Below are positions 19,450-28,867 of a stretch of DNA of 64,000 nt, one piece after another. Made by a program: the position numbers and the translations under genes. The DNA comes from a virus (taxonomy: Duplodnaviria; Caudoviricetes). The notes under the pieces were generated by a model that did not search any database, was not told the DNA's origin, and worked only from the letters and a program-made list of their open reading frames with translations. Each line of letters opens with the position of its first letter. The stretch's first letter is position 1. The DNA is taken from IMG/VR virus record IMGVR_UViG_641736227_000002, one strand, 5' to 3'.

Positions 19450-20247
19450 TTAATCCTCCTGTTCCATGATTGGTAATATTCCATCTTTCTTTAAAAGGTC
19501 ATAAATGAATAAGCGACCCTTTTGTGTCCAATAAGTATGAGGCTTGGAATGAGCTGAACCGTCAGAACCACTGTAAGTATGTGTCTTAGTTGATGTAAGT
19601 CCCATTTCCGCATATTCCTTATACAAGAGCCAAATTTTCTTACCTTGCTTAAACTGAATGCCTTTTTCGTGCAAATACTGGTTCATGTGATTTGCTGTCC
19701 AACCATAATCTTTTGCAATAACCGAGATTGCTACTAAATCCTTACAATTAAGAACCACATCGTAATAACTGGCTTTCGGCTTCATTTCTATAATCTGCTG
19801 ATTCTGAATCGCAACAATCTGCTGCAATGCTGATTTTTCCTCTCGTTCTTTCTTAAGTTCCATAAGAGCATTAATAAGAACATCCGGATTTGCAAGCACC
19901 TCATCAACTGCAAATACTCCGTGTTTTCGGATTGCCGGAAGAACTTCTGATGTCACCCAGTGTTTGAACTTCTTAGCATTAGGCATTTTGCTTGAAAGAA
20001 TCAAACTGTAAAGACCGCTTTCGTTTATAACCGTTAATCCTCTATTGGGAATTTCTAAGGTCGTGTTTTCCGACCTTTGGATTACAGTTCTGTCTTCCTC
20101 ATCTACATGGGTTGAAATTGCGTCCTTGGTATTGCTATAGCCGAGAATCTCTGCAATATCACGTCCTACAAAATATGGCTCCCCATTGATTGTTGTTGTG
20201 CGGATTGAGCCAAACTCCGCATTCTTAAAAATTTGTAATTCGTTCAT
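19450..20247 (-). CDS. Antirepressor (BRO-N + KilAC)
   Basis: INESGLYSLIL...WVTSEVLPAIRK; WTQKGRLFIY. Confidence 0.92.
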   Translation of the reverse strand: MNELQIFKNAEFGSIRTTTINGEPYFVGRDIAEILGYSNTKDAISTHVDEEDRTVIQRSENTTLEIPNRGLTVINESGLYSLILSSKMPNAKKFKHWVTSEVLPAIRKHGVFAVDEVLANPDVLINALMELKKEREEKSALQQIVAIQNQQIIEMKPKASYYDVVLNCKDLVAISVIAKDYGWTANHMNQYLHEKGIQFKQGKKIWLLYKEYAEMGLTSTKTHTYSGSDGSAHSKPHTYWTQKGRLFIYDLLKKDGILPIMEQED

Positions 20248-20338
20248 ATGAATTACCTCCTGTTAGATATTCGAGGTGTATCCCTCTAAGTAACAGGCAA
20301 AGAAAAAGGGCGAGATTTTAACTTCGCCCAGAAAAAAA

Positions 20339-22330
20339 TTAATCTTTTTTATAAAATTCTGTTTCGTACCCATCAGCACGAAGTAAAATGCCCTCAATCC
20401 AAGGTGGTGTTCTACCCATCTGTTCACAGATAACATCTAATGACACGCTTTTACTGCACTCAATAATCAATTCATCATGGACATGACCGCAGATAAAGCA
20501 ATGTGATAATGTTCTGATAGCATACATCAAAATATCACGGCTGATTGCTTGTACGATATTTTCAACAAACTTAGGTCCGTAGCTTTCAATTCGCTCCCAT
20601 TTCTTTGTACCTCCGACTCCTTCATAAGTAACAGATTCAGAACCGAATTGATTAATTCCCATTTTAGGTTTTACATATGAAAGGCATCTGCCGCTGGGAA
20701 GTCCAATGAATAGCATTCCACTTTTGTATGAAAATGTGATAGAACCAATGCTTGATGGTTCTCTTTGCTTTACTGCTTTTTTAACGGCTCTGTCAACATC
20801 CCACCACAACTTTACGATATTGGGGTTTGCCTCACGCCACATATCTACAAGCGGTTTTAATTCATCCTCTTCAAGTCCCATATCCAGAGCCCCCATTGAC
20901 TTTAAGGCTCCAACAGATCCGCCATAACCAAGTGCAAGTTCTGCAATTTTTCCTTTTTGCCTTAAGTGACCGTTCACACCATGCTTTTCAACCGGTACCT
21001 TAAACATCTGGCTTGCCGATGCACAGTAAATATCACCGCCACTAGCAAAGACATCTGTTCTCCATTTTTCTCCTGCAAGGTGTGAAAGAACTCTTGCTTC
21101 AATTGCAGAAAAGTCCGATACAATAAATTCCATCCCTTTTCGCGGCACAAAAGCAGTACGAATAAGCTGTGATAATGTATCCGGAACATCGTCATAAAGC
21201 ATATTCATTGCCTCGTAATTTCCCTGTTTAACAAGAGAACGAGCCTCTTCTAAATCAGACATATGGTTTTGAGGCAGATTTTGTAACTGAATGAGCCTTC
21301 CGGCCCATCTTCCACTTCTATTTGCACCATAAAACATAAACATTCCTCTTGCTCTCCCGTCAGAACACACTGCATTTGCCATAGCTTGATATTTCTTGAC
21401 GGATGATTTTGCAAGCTGCTGACGAAGTGTTAATACAGTCTTTAATGGTTCCGGTGCAGTATTTAATACTGCTGCCACTTCCTTTTTGCCAAGGCTGTCC
21501 ATTTCCAAGCCGTTACAGCTGAGCCACTGTTTCATCTGCTGTACCGAGTTTGGATTTTCAAGACCGGTCATTTCCTGCATTTTATCCGCCAGAACGGCCT
21601 TTGATTTTTCGTCAAAAGCGATTGCGTTCGTTACTACATCCATATCAAGTGTAATGCCTCGGTCATTGATTTCTTGGTCAAGGTGATATTCTTCCCAAAC
21701 AAAATTTGGAACAGGGAAGTGACGTAGTTTGTCTTGGATGGACATCTCCACCTCTACGTCTCGCTTGTTATATTTCTTAAACATCTCCCACTTAATCATA
21801 TCGTGCTGCGGTAGATTTCTGGTTCTTCCGCCATTGACCTTAGTAGGTTTACATGGAACACAGAAGTATCTGATGAGTTCTTTGCCCTCTGTCAGTTTTT
21901 GTTCCTCAAGTCCTAAAACAGCACCCGCTCCTGCAAGTAACAAAGGAAGTCCCATATATGCAGACCACACCATAGAACATTTCCATGATGATGGATCAAG
22001 ATAATTACCAACCGAATCTTCTGGGATGCTGTAGCTTACAAACTTTTTAGGATAAAAGCGTCTGAGGTATTCTGACAAACACACCCTCTCGAAATTAGCA
22101 TTAAATGCCCATTTTGTTATATTCTCATCGGTCAATGCCATTATGATTTCCATAGGTATTTTTTCACCTTGTTTCAAATCTACAACACTAACCTCACCAC
22201 CGTCCACGGAATATCCGAATAATAATATTTCAAAGCTGTCAGACTGAACATATTTATATACGCCACACTTCTGTAAATCCACATCCGAATAAGTTTCTAT
22301 ATCAATTGATATTGTCTTAATTTGACTCAT
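20339..22330 (-). CDS. Phage DNA polymerase, family A
   Basis: DIETYS exonuclease; SGRWAG; DFSAIEAR; RQKGKIAELALGYGG; HVHDE. Confidence 0.95.
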   Translation of the reverse strand: MSQIKTISIDIETYSDVDLQKCGVYKYVQSDSFEILLFGYSVDGGEVSVVDLKQGEKIPMEIIMALTDENITKWAFNANFERVCLSEYLRRFYPKKFVSYSIPEDSVGNYLDPSSWKCSMVWSAYMGLPLLLAGAGAVLGLEEQKLTEGKELIRYFCVPCKPTKVNGGRTRNLPQHDMIKWEMFKKYNKRDVEVEMSIQDKLRHFPVPNFVWEEYHLDQEINDRGITLDMDVVTNAIAFDEKSKAVLADKMQEMTGLENPNSVQQMKQWLSCNGLEMDSLGKKEVAAVLNTAPEPLKTVLTLRQQLAKSSVKKYQAMANAVCSDGRARGMFMFYGANRSGRWAGRLIQLQNLPQNHMSDLEEARSLVKQGNYEAMNMLYDDVPDTLSQLIRTAFVPRKGMEFIVSDFSAIEARVLSHLAGEKWRTDVFASGGDIYCASASQMFKVPVEKHGVNGHLRQKGKIAELALGYGGSVGALKSMGALDMGLEEDELKPLVDMWREANPNIVKLWWDVDRAVKKAVKQREPSSIGSITFSYKSGMLFIGLPSGRCLSYVKPKMGINQFGSESVTYEGVGGTKKWERIESYGPKFVENIVQAISRDILMYAIRTLSHCFICGHVHDELIIECSKSVSLDVICEQMGRTPPWIEGILLRADGYETEFYKKD

Positions 22331-22389
22331 AATATTCCTCCATAGCAGACAAAGGCGGCAAAGGAATTCTCTGCCGCCACGTCAATGTG

Positions 22390-22572
22390 TTACTTCAAGT
22401 TCTTCATTCGTTCCTCGTGGTATTCACGGTTTCTTGCATCTCTTTCCAGTTCACGCTTTTCACGTCTTTTGTCATAGATGAAACCTTGAATGGTTGAAAT
22501 AAGCATCGAAATACCAAAACAACCCCAAATCACCACCAACAATGTCATAAAAATCCATTCACTTGTTGTCAT
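22390..22572 (-). CDS. Small membrane protein
   Basis: Hydrophobic N-terminus, charged tail, AAGGAAAGGA RBS. Confidence 0.65.
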   Translation of the reverse strand: MTTSEWIFMTLLVVIWGCFGISMLISTIQGFIYDKRREKRELERDARNREYHEERMKNLK

Positions 22573-22593
22573 AACTTGTCACCGTTCCTTTCC

Positions 22594-23157
22594 TTAAGCC
22601 AAGAAATCATCATCGTCTTCAGTTGCAAAATCGTCCTCTGCTCTAGACTTGCCGCCAAGAGGTTCTCCGTCCTTAATCTTCTGAAGATTGTTAAGCCCGC
22701 AGGCGATACCCTTATTGCCATTGGAATTGAATGCGTAAAGATTGATAGATGCTCTGCCGTATACACCGCTGTAAACCTCACTACGATCAATGATGGTATT
22801 TCTGTCTGCATCTACAATGCCCGGTGCTGTTGCAGAATTTGCATTGATAAAGTAGCTATTTGCATATGTCTCATCATCCGGACGCTCCAAATCTCCGTCA
22901 CGAAGAGGAGTCTTAAGTACTGAAAGTGCCGGTACTGTCTTGCCGTTTCCTTTTAATTTCGATTGACCTTCCTCATATGCAGCCTGAATTGCTTTCTTGA
23001 TTTTCTCCACGGTTACCTTATCTGACTTCGGAATGATAAGGCTGACACTGTACTTCGGTGTACTGCCATTAATTGATTTAGGTTCCCACACATTTGCATA
23101 ACTCCATCTTGTGTTAGGTCCTGTTATTACTTTCATTGGATTATTAAACTTTGCCAT
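22594..23157 (-). CDS. DUF2815 ssDNA-binding protein
   Basis: RWSYANVWEP, PLRDGD, YSGVYGRAS, acidic tail. Confidence 0.88.
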   Translation of the reverse strand: MAKFNNPMKVITGPNTRWSYANVWEPKSINGSTPKYSVSLIIPKSDKVTVEKIKKAIQAAYEEGQSKLKGNGKTVPALSVLKTPLRDGDLERPDDETYANSYFINANSATAPGIVDADRNTIIDRSEVYSGVYGRASINLYAFNSNGNKGIACGLNNLQKIKDGEPLGGKSRAEDDFATEDDDDFLA

Positions 23158-23171
23158 AATATAAATTCCTC

Positions 23172-24293
23172 CTAATTTTCACTAAAATCGTCTTTTGCTG
23201 TATTCATTTCTGGACGCTTGTCACTCTCCGGAACGAGTGTTGGTTTGCCCTGTGGCTTATAAACCAAATTGCCTAAAAGTTCATTGAACTTTGTCTTGCC
23301 GAGAAGAGAAGTCATTGCTGTAATCCCTAACAGCCTTTGTTCATATGGATTGTGTCCTGCCTTTGTTACAGTTTCTGCCACTTTCTCTTCATCGGTGTAT
23401 TTGCGGTTGGAACGTCCCTCGACTATTTTGAAGCCATCGTAGTGTGTTCCGTTCATTGCCTGTGCAAGAGCATATTCTTTAATATCTGTTACCCATGCAA
23501 CAAGCTCATCTGCCTTTTCCAAAATGACTGAGATTTCTGTGTCATCTAAAGTGGATGGCATCTCAAAGTCATATTTTGCAAGTTCCATGTTGTACTCAGC
23601 ACGCTTTCTGCAGGTTGCTTTGGCCTTACAGAACTGACAGTGATTTCCTGCTTTAAATTCACCTTCGCCCTTAAATGCAAGTTGTGCGGTCGGAGCAAGA
23701 ATGGTATCTGCCCAGGAATATAAATCTTCTTTCTTCATAACGAAGGTACTCACATTTTCCCTGCGCGGCTGAAAGATTGTCATGGATACTTCCGTGATGT
23801 CATAAATTCCATCAAAGAGATTCAAAGTACCAAGTGCATAGCACATCATCTGTGGGTTGTTTTGTGCTGAAACTTCCACACCCTTTCCGTGCTTATAATC
23901 AATCACATACAGAGTACCGTCACCGATAATGACACAGTCACCGGTTCCGAACCCCTCTGGAACATACTTGGAAAAATCAAGTTTCTGTTCTATCAGCACC
24001 ACCGGATCTTTGCAGATTTTCTTTGCATCTTCTACTACAGAGGAACAATACTGTGCATATTCTTCAGCACACTGTTCCATCTCTTCATCGTAGTAAGTAA
24101 GGTTGTTTGTCGGATTTCTGCTTTTCATACCGATTGCTTTTTTCAGCTTATGTTCGCAAAGCGTATGGGCATCGGTACCCTGCAGTGCATACTCGCTTGC
24201 CGGATCTTCCTTATCTGCACAAAGCCTTGCTGAAGGCGGACAGTTTAACCACCTGTGGCTTGCTGATGCAGAAAGTATTGCGTGTGCCGCCAT
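23172..24293 (-). CDS. DUF2800 Cas4-like PD-(D/E)XK nuclease
   Basis: LSASASHRWLNCPPS, FGTGD, IDYKHG, HCQFCKAKATC. Confidence 0.88.
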   Translation of the reverse strand: MAAHAILSASASHRWLNCPPSARLCADKEDPASEYALQGTDAHTLCEHKLKKAIGMKSRNPTNNLTYYDEEMEQCAEEYAQYCSSVVEDAKKICKDPVVLIEQKLDFSKYVPEGFGTGDCVIIGDGTLYVIDYKHGKGVEVSAQNNPQMMCYALGTLNLFDGIYDITEVSMTIFQPRRENVSTFVMKKEDLYSWADTILAPTAQLAFKGEGEFKAGNHCQFCKAKATCRKRAEYNMELAKYDFEMPSTLDDTEISVILEKADELVAWVTDIKEYALAQAMNGTHYDGFKIVEGRSNRKYTDEEKVAETVTKAGHNPYEQRLLGITAMTSLLGKTKFNELLGNLVYKPQGKPTLVPESDKRPEMNTAKDDFSEN

Positions 24294-24613
24294 CAGATCA
24301 TCTCCACCTTTTTAAGTAATTCTTCGTACTGTGAAGGGTCAATCGCAGATAGCTTATCTGCACCAAAGCTAGAAATAACCGCTTTTACTTCCTCCGTATG
24401 TCCATCTCTTGACCTACGAGCGAGTACTGCTCTAACTTCTTCTAATGTCAGTGGTCTTTTCTCTGCTGATTCCGGCTTAGGTTCATCTTTTATTGGCTTT
24501 TCTATATCTGCTGCCGAGAACATCTCAGTCAGTGTTTCTGAAATACCAATAAGAATTTCACCACATTTTTTAAGTTCTGTTACCTGTTCAGCTAACTCTT
24601 TCATTTTTCCCAT
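24293..24613 (-). CDS. Conserved phage hypothetical protein
   Basis: LTLEEVRAVLA...FGADKLSAIDP. Confidence 0.75.
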   Translation of the reverse strand: MGKMKELAEQVTELKKCGEILIGISETLTEMFSAADIEKPIKDEPKPESAEKRPLTLEEVRAVLARRSRDGHTEEVKAVISSFGADKLSAIDPSQYEELLKKVEMI

Positions 24614-24815
24614 TAGACTTACCTCCTTCCTTGATTTCTCTTACATCCACGGATTCAACCGTCTGTCCGGGAGCAAGCAAATATACCTGTGTGAAGTCAC
24701 CGAATAAGAATCTTGCAATTCTTGACGGCAATCGCATATCCGCTGCTCTGAGGACGTTGGCTTTCTTACCGTTGGAGTCTGAAACATTGATTGTGATTTT
24801 GTGTTTCAATGCCAT
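24588..24815 (-). CDS. Hypothetical protein
   Basis: RBS AAAGGATGG; first gene after repeated promoter motif. Confidence 0.7.
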   Translation of the reverse strand: MALKHKITINVSDSNGKKANVLRAADMRLPSRIARFLFGDFTQVYLLAPGQTVESVDVREIKEGGKSNGKNERVS

Positions 24816-24904
24816 ATCTGCACCATCCTTTCTGTAAGGCGTTCTCCCTTACAAGTAACAGGCAAAGGAAAATAACGCTTTTTTAACTTTTACCGAAAAA
24901 TTTT

Positions 24905-25519
24905 TTAAAAGTTTTTTCGGATGAACTCAATGGCTCTGTCATATGTCTGTTTAATATTGGCCGGAGATGTCCCTTTTTCCTTAGCAACATCAGTAAATGA
25001 CATTTCTTCAAACCACACCTTTTGAACAACATCTCTTTGTTTCGGTGTCAGCTGACTGATAAGTTCTCGAACACGCAATGTTTCTGGACTTTCTTCCTTT
25101 TCTTCTATAGTTGTCGCTACCTCTAATAAGATTTTGCTTTTACTCATATCTGTATCCGATTCATCATCACCAAACCGATAATCAAGTGAAAGATTGTAAT
25201 TGCTCGGAAATGCCTCTTTGACTGCTGCCTTAACTTCATCATCGCATGGTGCATATCCACGATAGGCTGTTTCTTTTTTTATGTACTCTTCTGTCCAAGC
25301 CTTAATAGTTGCTTTTTCTTCTGCAGTTCTTTCCGGTCTAAGATTTTTGAGATTGTAGTAAACCTCGCTGTCATCTAAGGAATGAAGCATTTTAATATCT
25401 GCCTCTGTTATTCCGTTTTCACCGGGACGAAGTGTCACCTTTTCTTCGTTTCCATCTACGTTTGTAAATGTGTAAGTGTAAGTTCCTCTTTTTGTGGTAT
25501 TTGTCTTAAAAATTTTCAT
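24905..25519 (-). CDS. Sigma-70 region-4 family factor
   Basis: C-terminal LTPKQRDVV...MSFTDVAKEKGTS HTH; start MKIFKT after AGGAGG. Confidence 0.75.
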   Translation of the reverse strand: MKIFKTNTTKRGTYTYTFTNVDGNEEKVTLRPGENGITEADIKMLHSLDDSEVYYNLKNLRPERTAEEKATIKAWTEEYIKKETAYRGYAPCDDEVKAAVKEAFPSNYNLSLDYRFGDDESDTDMSKSKILLEVATTIEEKEESPETLRVRELISQLTPKQRDVVQKVWFEEMSFTDVAKEKGTSPANIKQTYDRAIEFIRKNF

Positions 25520-25920
25520 AAATTGCCTCCTAACTCGGAAGGCAATCATGACAAGATATAAAAATAGGTCTGTTGTAGAGATACACACAGACCCGTTAAG
25601 CCTAAAAAGAGCGCAACAAAGTAAGGGTATCTCTGCACGGCTCGTCCACTGTCTTTATCACAGTGAATCGAAACCTATGAGATATCCTGTCTGATTGCGC
25701 ACTCCGACACGATTTTCTATTTCTTATTTGTGGGGTTCTCCCCTAAAGGGAAGACTTTAATTTGTAGTCTTATACAAAGAAGCCTTTAATTTCGAACCGT
25801 ATGGTTCAAGATTGGTTGTCCAAATCATATTCCTCTACTTAGTAGCCACGAAAAAACGTAAAAAGGACGTCCTCGTTATATATAACGATTGTGATAATTA
25901 AAAAAGATTGGGCAGTATTC

Positions 25921-26124
25921 CTATCGAAGATCGGCTTCGATTGCGTAAAGCTCCGAAAATACATCTGGCAGGTAGGTTGGGTTTAAGTCATAAACGCTAT
26001 TAGCCCCATATTTCTCAAACACAGACTCAGCTACTCGACTATCAAGTTCAGAGCTAATAACAGAAACTGACTGCATGATGCTTGCAATGTAATCGGAATC
26101 ACGGATATTTGCCATTGAAATCAC
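25921..26124 (-). CDS. Hypothetical protein
   Basis: ORF with GAGGTG RBS, divergent from 26344. Confidence 0.6.
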   Translation of the reverse strand: MISMANIRDSDYIASIMQSVSVISSELDSRVAESVFEKYGANSVYDLNPTYLPDVFSELYAIEADLR

Positions 26125-26343
26125 CTCGTTTTTGTTTTGCTTATGCCCTTATTTTAGTCATTTCATATAAGTAAGTAAATTTCTAACATTATCACTTACT
26201 TTTGAGGGTTTACACTTGTATTTCTGCAAATAAGATATATAATAGTAAGTAGTAAAAACTATATTTCAATTATTTTTCACTTACTATTACACATAAAAAA
26301 GCTCCCCCTTTATGCAGGAGAGCTTAATTAAGGAGCATATTAT

Positions 26344-27549
26344 ATGATAGATGCTGAAAATTTTTTTAATTTAGGAACAGATTATTTTTCATTTATTGGA
26401 CAAAAATGTCATTTTGAGATCCAAAAAAATGACAATCCACATTTCGTTTCAAAAAATATTCTTACCGTCGTCTCTGATAGTGATGAACAACTATTTTTTT
26501 CCTTTAGCGGAAACGATGGGCTATGTTTAACTACTGAATTTGGATCAATCATTCATAAAAATATATTAGGAAAATTTCTATCATTACCCTCAAACAATGC
26601 AAAAGCCTTATTGGAGTTTTTTGAAAACTACGGCTACTTTTTCAAAATGCCACCTAATGAAACTAATATTGTAGATTTTAGCCATCTTATACAAGTAACC
26701 TACCACATCAAAGCTGCATTATTACTCATGAATGAATTACAAAATGTCACAATCAATTATGATGAGATCCTTCGTTTAACCCTATTTTTATTACTAGCAC
26801 CACCAATAGAAATGAAAATTACTGAAAAACAAACATATACCGGATATCATGATTCTGTATTTAAAACTTTAGATTCTGTAATTACAATAAATGATAGTTC
26901 TGACTATATCACAATAGATAATGAAGATTATTATAGTATTCCGGACATCATATATGGGAAATCGTTTAACTTGCGTGTTGATGAATATGAAGACATTTCA
27001 ACTGGAGAAAAATTTATGTATTCTTATCCAGGCATTGATGACTCAAGATACAGGAAGATTACAGTAGCCTATAAGAATTGCCATCATGTATCCAAAATTC
27101 AAAGGTTGCTAATTGATTTTCTTTTTCATTTTATGAATTCTAATGGGGTTATTAAGAATGTCTCATTTGATTTGGGCATAGAATTCTATGGAACATCAAA
27201 TTTAGATCTTGATGATAAAATGAAAAAAGCACTGTTAATTATTGCTAAACATGTGCTGTCACAAGAAATCAATCACCATGTTTCTCGAATGAAACCAATA
27301 TATAATCCAGTAACATTAGAACCTTCATGGAAGGCTCCTAATCTCTTGACTGCTTTATATTTTTCTCTCTTCTACATGAAACCAAAATCGGAAATATATA
27401 GAAAATGTGCAAACCCTTCTTGCACCAATTTCTTCCTTGTCAAAACATCAAATAGCAGAAAAAAGTATTGCTGTGATGCTTGTAGGAATGCAAGTAATCA
27501 GCGAGACTATCGCTCTAGACAAAAAAAAATAACCAAGGCAGGCGGATAA
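26344..27549 (+). CDS. CGNR zinc-finger domain protein (possible regulator)
   Basis: C-terminal CANPSC..FF......KKYCCDACRN. Confidence 0.75.
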   Translation: MIDAENFFNLGTDYFSFIGQKCHFEIQKNDNPHFVSKNILTVVSDSDEQLFFSFSGNDGLCLTTEFGSIIHKNILGKFLSLPSNNAKALLEFFENYGYFFKMPPNETNIVDFSHLIQVTYHIKAALLLMNELQNVTINYDEILRLTLFLLLAPPIEMKITEKQTYTGYHDSVFKTLDSVITINDSSDYITIDNEDYYSIPDIIYGKSFNLRVDEYEDISTGEKFMYSYPGIDDSRYRKITVAYKNCHHVSKIQRLLIDFLFHFMNSNGVIKNVSFDLGIEFYGTSNLDLDDKMKKALLIIAKHVLSQEINHHVSRMKPIYNPVTLEPSWKAPNLLTALYFSLFYMKPKSEIYRKCANPSCTNFFLVKTSNSRKKYCCDACRNASNQRDYRSRQKKITKAGG

Positions 27550-27567
27550 TTCCACTTGTCTTGGTTT
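27530..27567. terminator. Bidirectional terminator
   Basis: AACCAAGGCAGG...CTTGTCTTGGTT hairpin between convergent genes. Confidence 0.65.
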
Positions 27568-27572
27568 CTAGA

Positions 27573-28847
27573 TTAATCTACCTCTGGCAAAGAACCATTA
27601 TTTTTAGCCAACTCTTCATCTATGACCTTGGCCAATTTTCTAATTTTGCTTTTATGCGACCCCGTATAATTATTCATTAAAAATCGTATATCAATAACAA
27701 CACCTTGAACATGCTCATATAATTTAGCATCATTTTTCCATTCACCTGTTGCTTCACCGATATTCAAGAAATAATCATCAGATACATTAAAAGGATTCTC
27801 GCCTCTATTAAATGGCATTAAAAAAGCATTGTATATAGGCAAATCTCCATACTTGGTTTTAAGTTCTTGGCAATTATCAATGTATTCGCCATATGTAATT
27901 TGCTTATTTATTGATGACGATTCTGGAAGATGCCTTGGCTCACCAGTCACACCATATCTATAATACTTTGCATCAAGAACATAAATTTTATCATCACATA
28001 TCATGATACTATCCGGCTCTAATGCGTGATTGTCTTTATTTGCATTAAATTTGAGATTCCATTTGGTTCTTGGGAAGAATTCTTCTTTTCCCCGGATTCC
28101 AAAAACTTCATCTATGAGTTTTTCCCAGACATACTCAAATCTATCTGTTCCAAAATAATACTGTTTATTATCATTCTCTGTATCTAAGTATTCCAGCATC
28201 TGAATCATCGCTTGAAATAACAACTTATCCTTGTCGTTATGAGTAACGCTAAGTTTTTTTCTCAAAGCAAATAAAAAGCGTTCTGATTCTAATGTAATAT
28301 GAGGATCTGGAGGAAGATGCGGTGTAAACAACCACCCCAATGTACTAAAAGCCTCATATACGCAGTACTTATGGATTTGAGTAATCAGATTTTTCTCATT
28401 TGGACTGGAGCCCTTTACAGTATATCTATCAAAGAAAGGCGAGCCATCTTCTTGAAAAAACTTCACATTTTTTCTAAGAGATGCAGGAAAATCTATTTTC
28501 CCTCGGTCAGCAGTTTTCCTTACCTGTTCTCTCTCCTTGTAGTAATCACTCTGTTCCAAAAAGTATCGGATAATATTCATATATGCATTTACAGGAAAGT
28601 TTACAGACTGTGGTGCTGCAAACTCATCCATAGCTAAAAGTCTATCTTTCGAATCATTAAAAGTAGATATTACCTCTATAAGTTTTAGAATATCTTCTCT
28701 TATATCTTCTTCACTATCTGGCAAACGATAACCCATTGGGAAGAAAACCATAGCATTATTTGTGTCAGCTTTTACTCCAACAAAGCGGTCGCCATCACCA
28801 TTTTTATTAACATGACATCTGACTTTCAAATTCAATCCTAAGTCCAT
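27573..28847 (-). CDS. LlaJI-family restriction endonuclease (McrC-like)
   Basis: FVG..., FEYVWEKLID, LEPDSI...VLDAKYY, SSINKQITYGEY, YNAFLMP. Confidence 0.88.
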   Translation of the reverse strand: MDLGLNLKVRCHVNKNGDGDRFVGVKADTNNAMVFFPMGYRLPDSEEDIREDILKLIEVISTFNDSKDRLLAMDEFAAPQSVNFPVNAYMNIIRYFLEQSDYYKEREQVRKTADRGKIDFPASLRKNVKFFQEDGSPFFDRYTVKGSSPNEKNLITQIHKYCVYEAFSTLGWLFTPHLPPDPHITLESERFLFALRKKLSVTHNDKDKLLFQAMIQMLEYLDTENDNKQYYFGTDRFEYVWEKLIDEVFGIRGKEEFFPRTKWNLKFNANKDNHALEPDSIMICDDKIYVLDAKYYRYGVTGEPRHLPESSSINKQITYGEYIDNCQELKTKYGDLPIYNAFLMPFNRGENPFNVSDDYFLNIGEATGEWKNDAKLYEHVQGVVIDIRFLMNNYTGSHKSKIRKLAKVIDEELAKNNGSLPEVD

Positions 28848-28867
28848 CGGTTTTCCTCCTTTCGTAA

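Noticed and set aside
23172-24293. CRISPR-associated cas4
   Set aside because: Stand-alone nuclease in the phage replication module; no array or other cas genes
1239-25694. Numerous plus-strand ORFs over element A
   Set aside because: Antisense shadows of well-supported minus-strand genes
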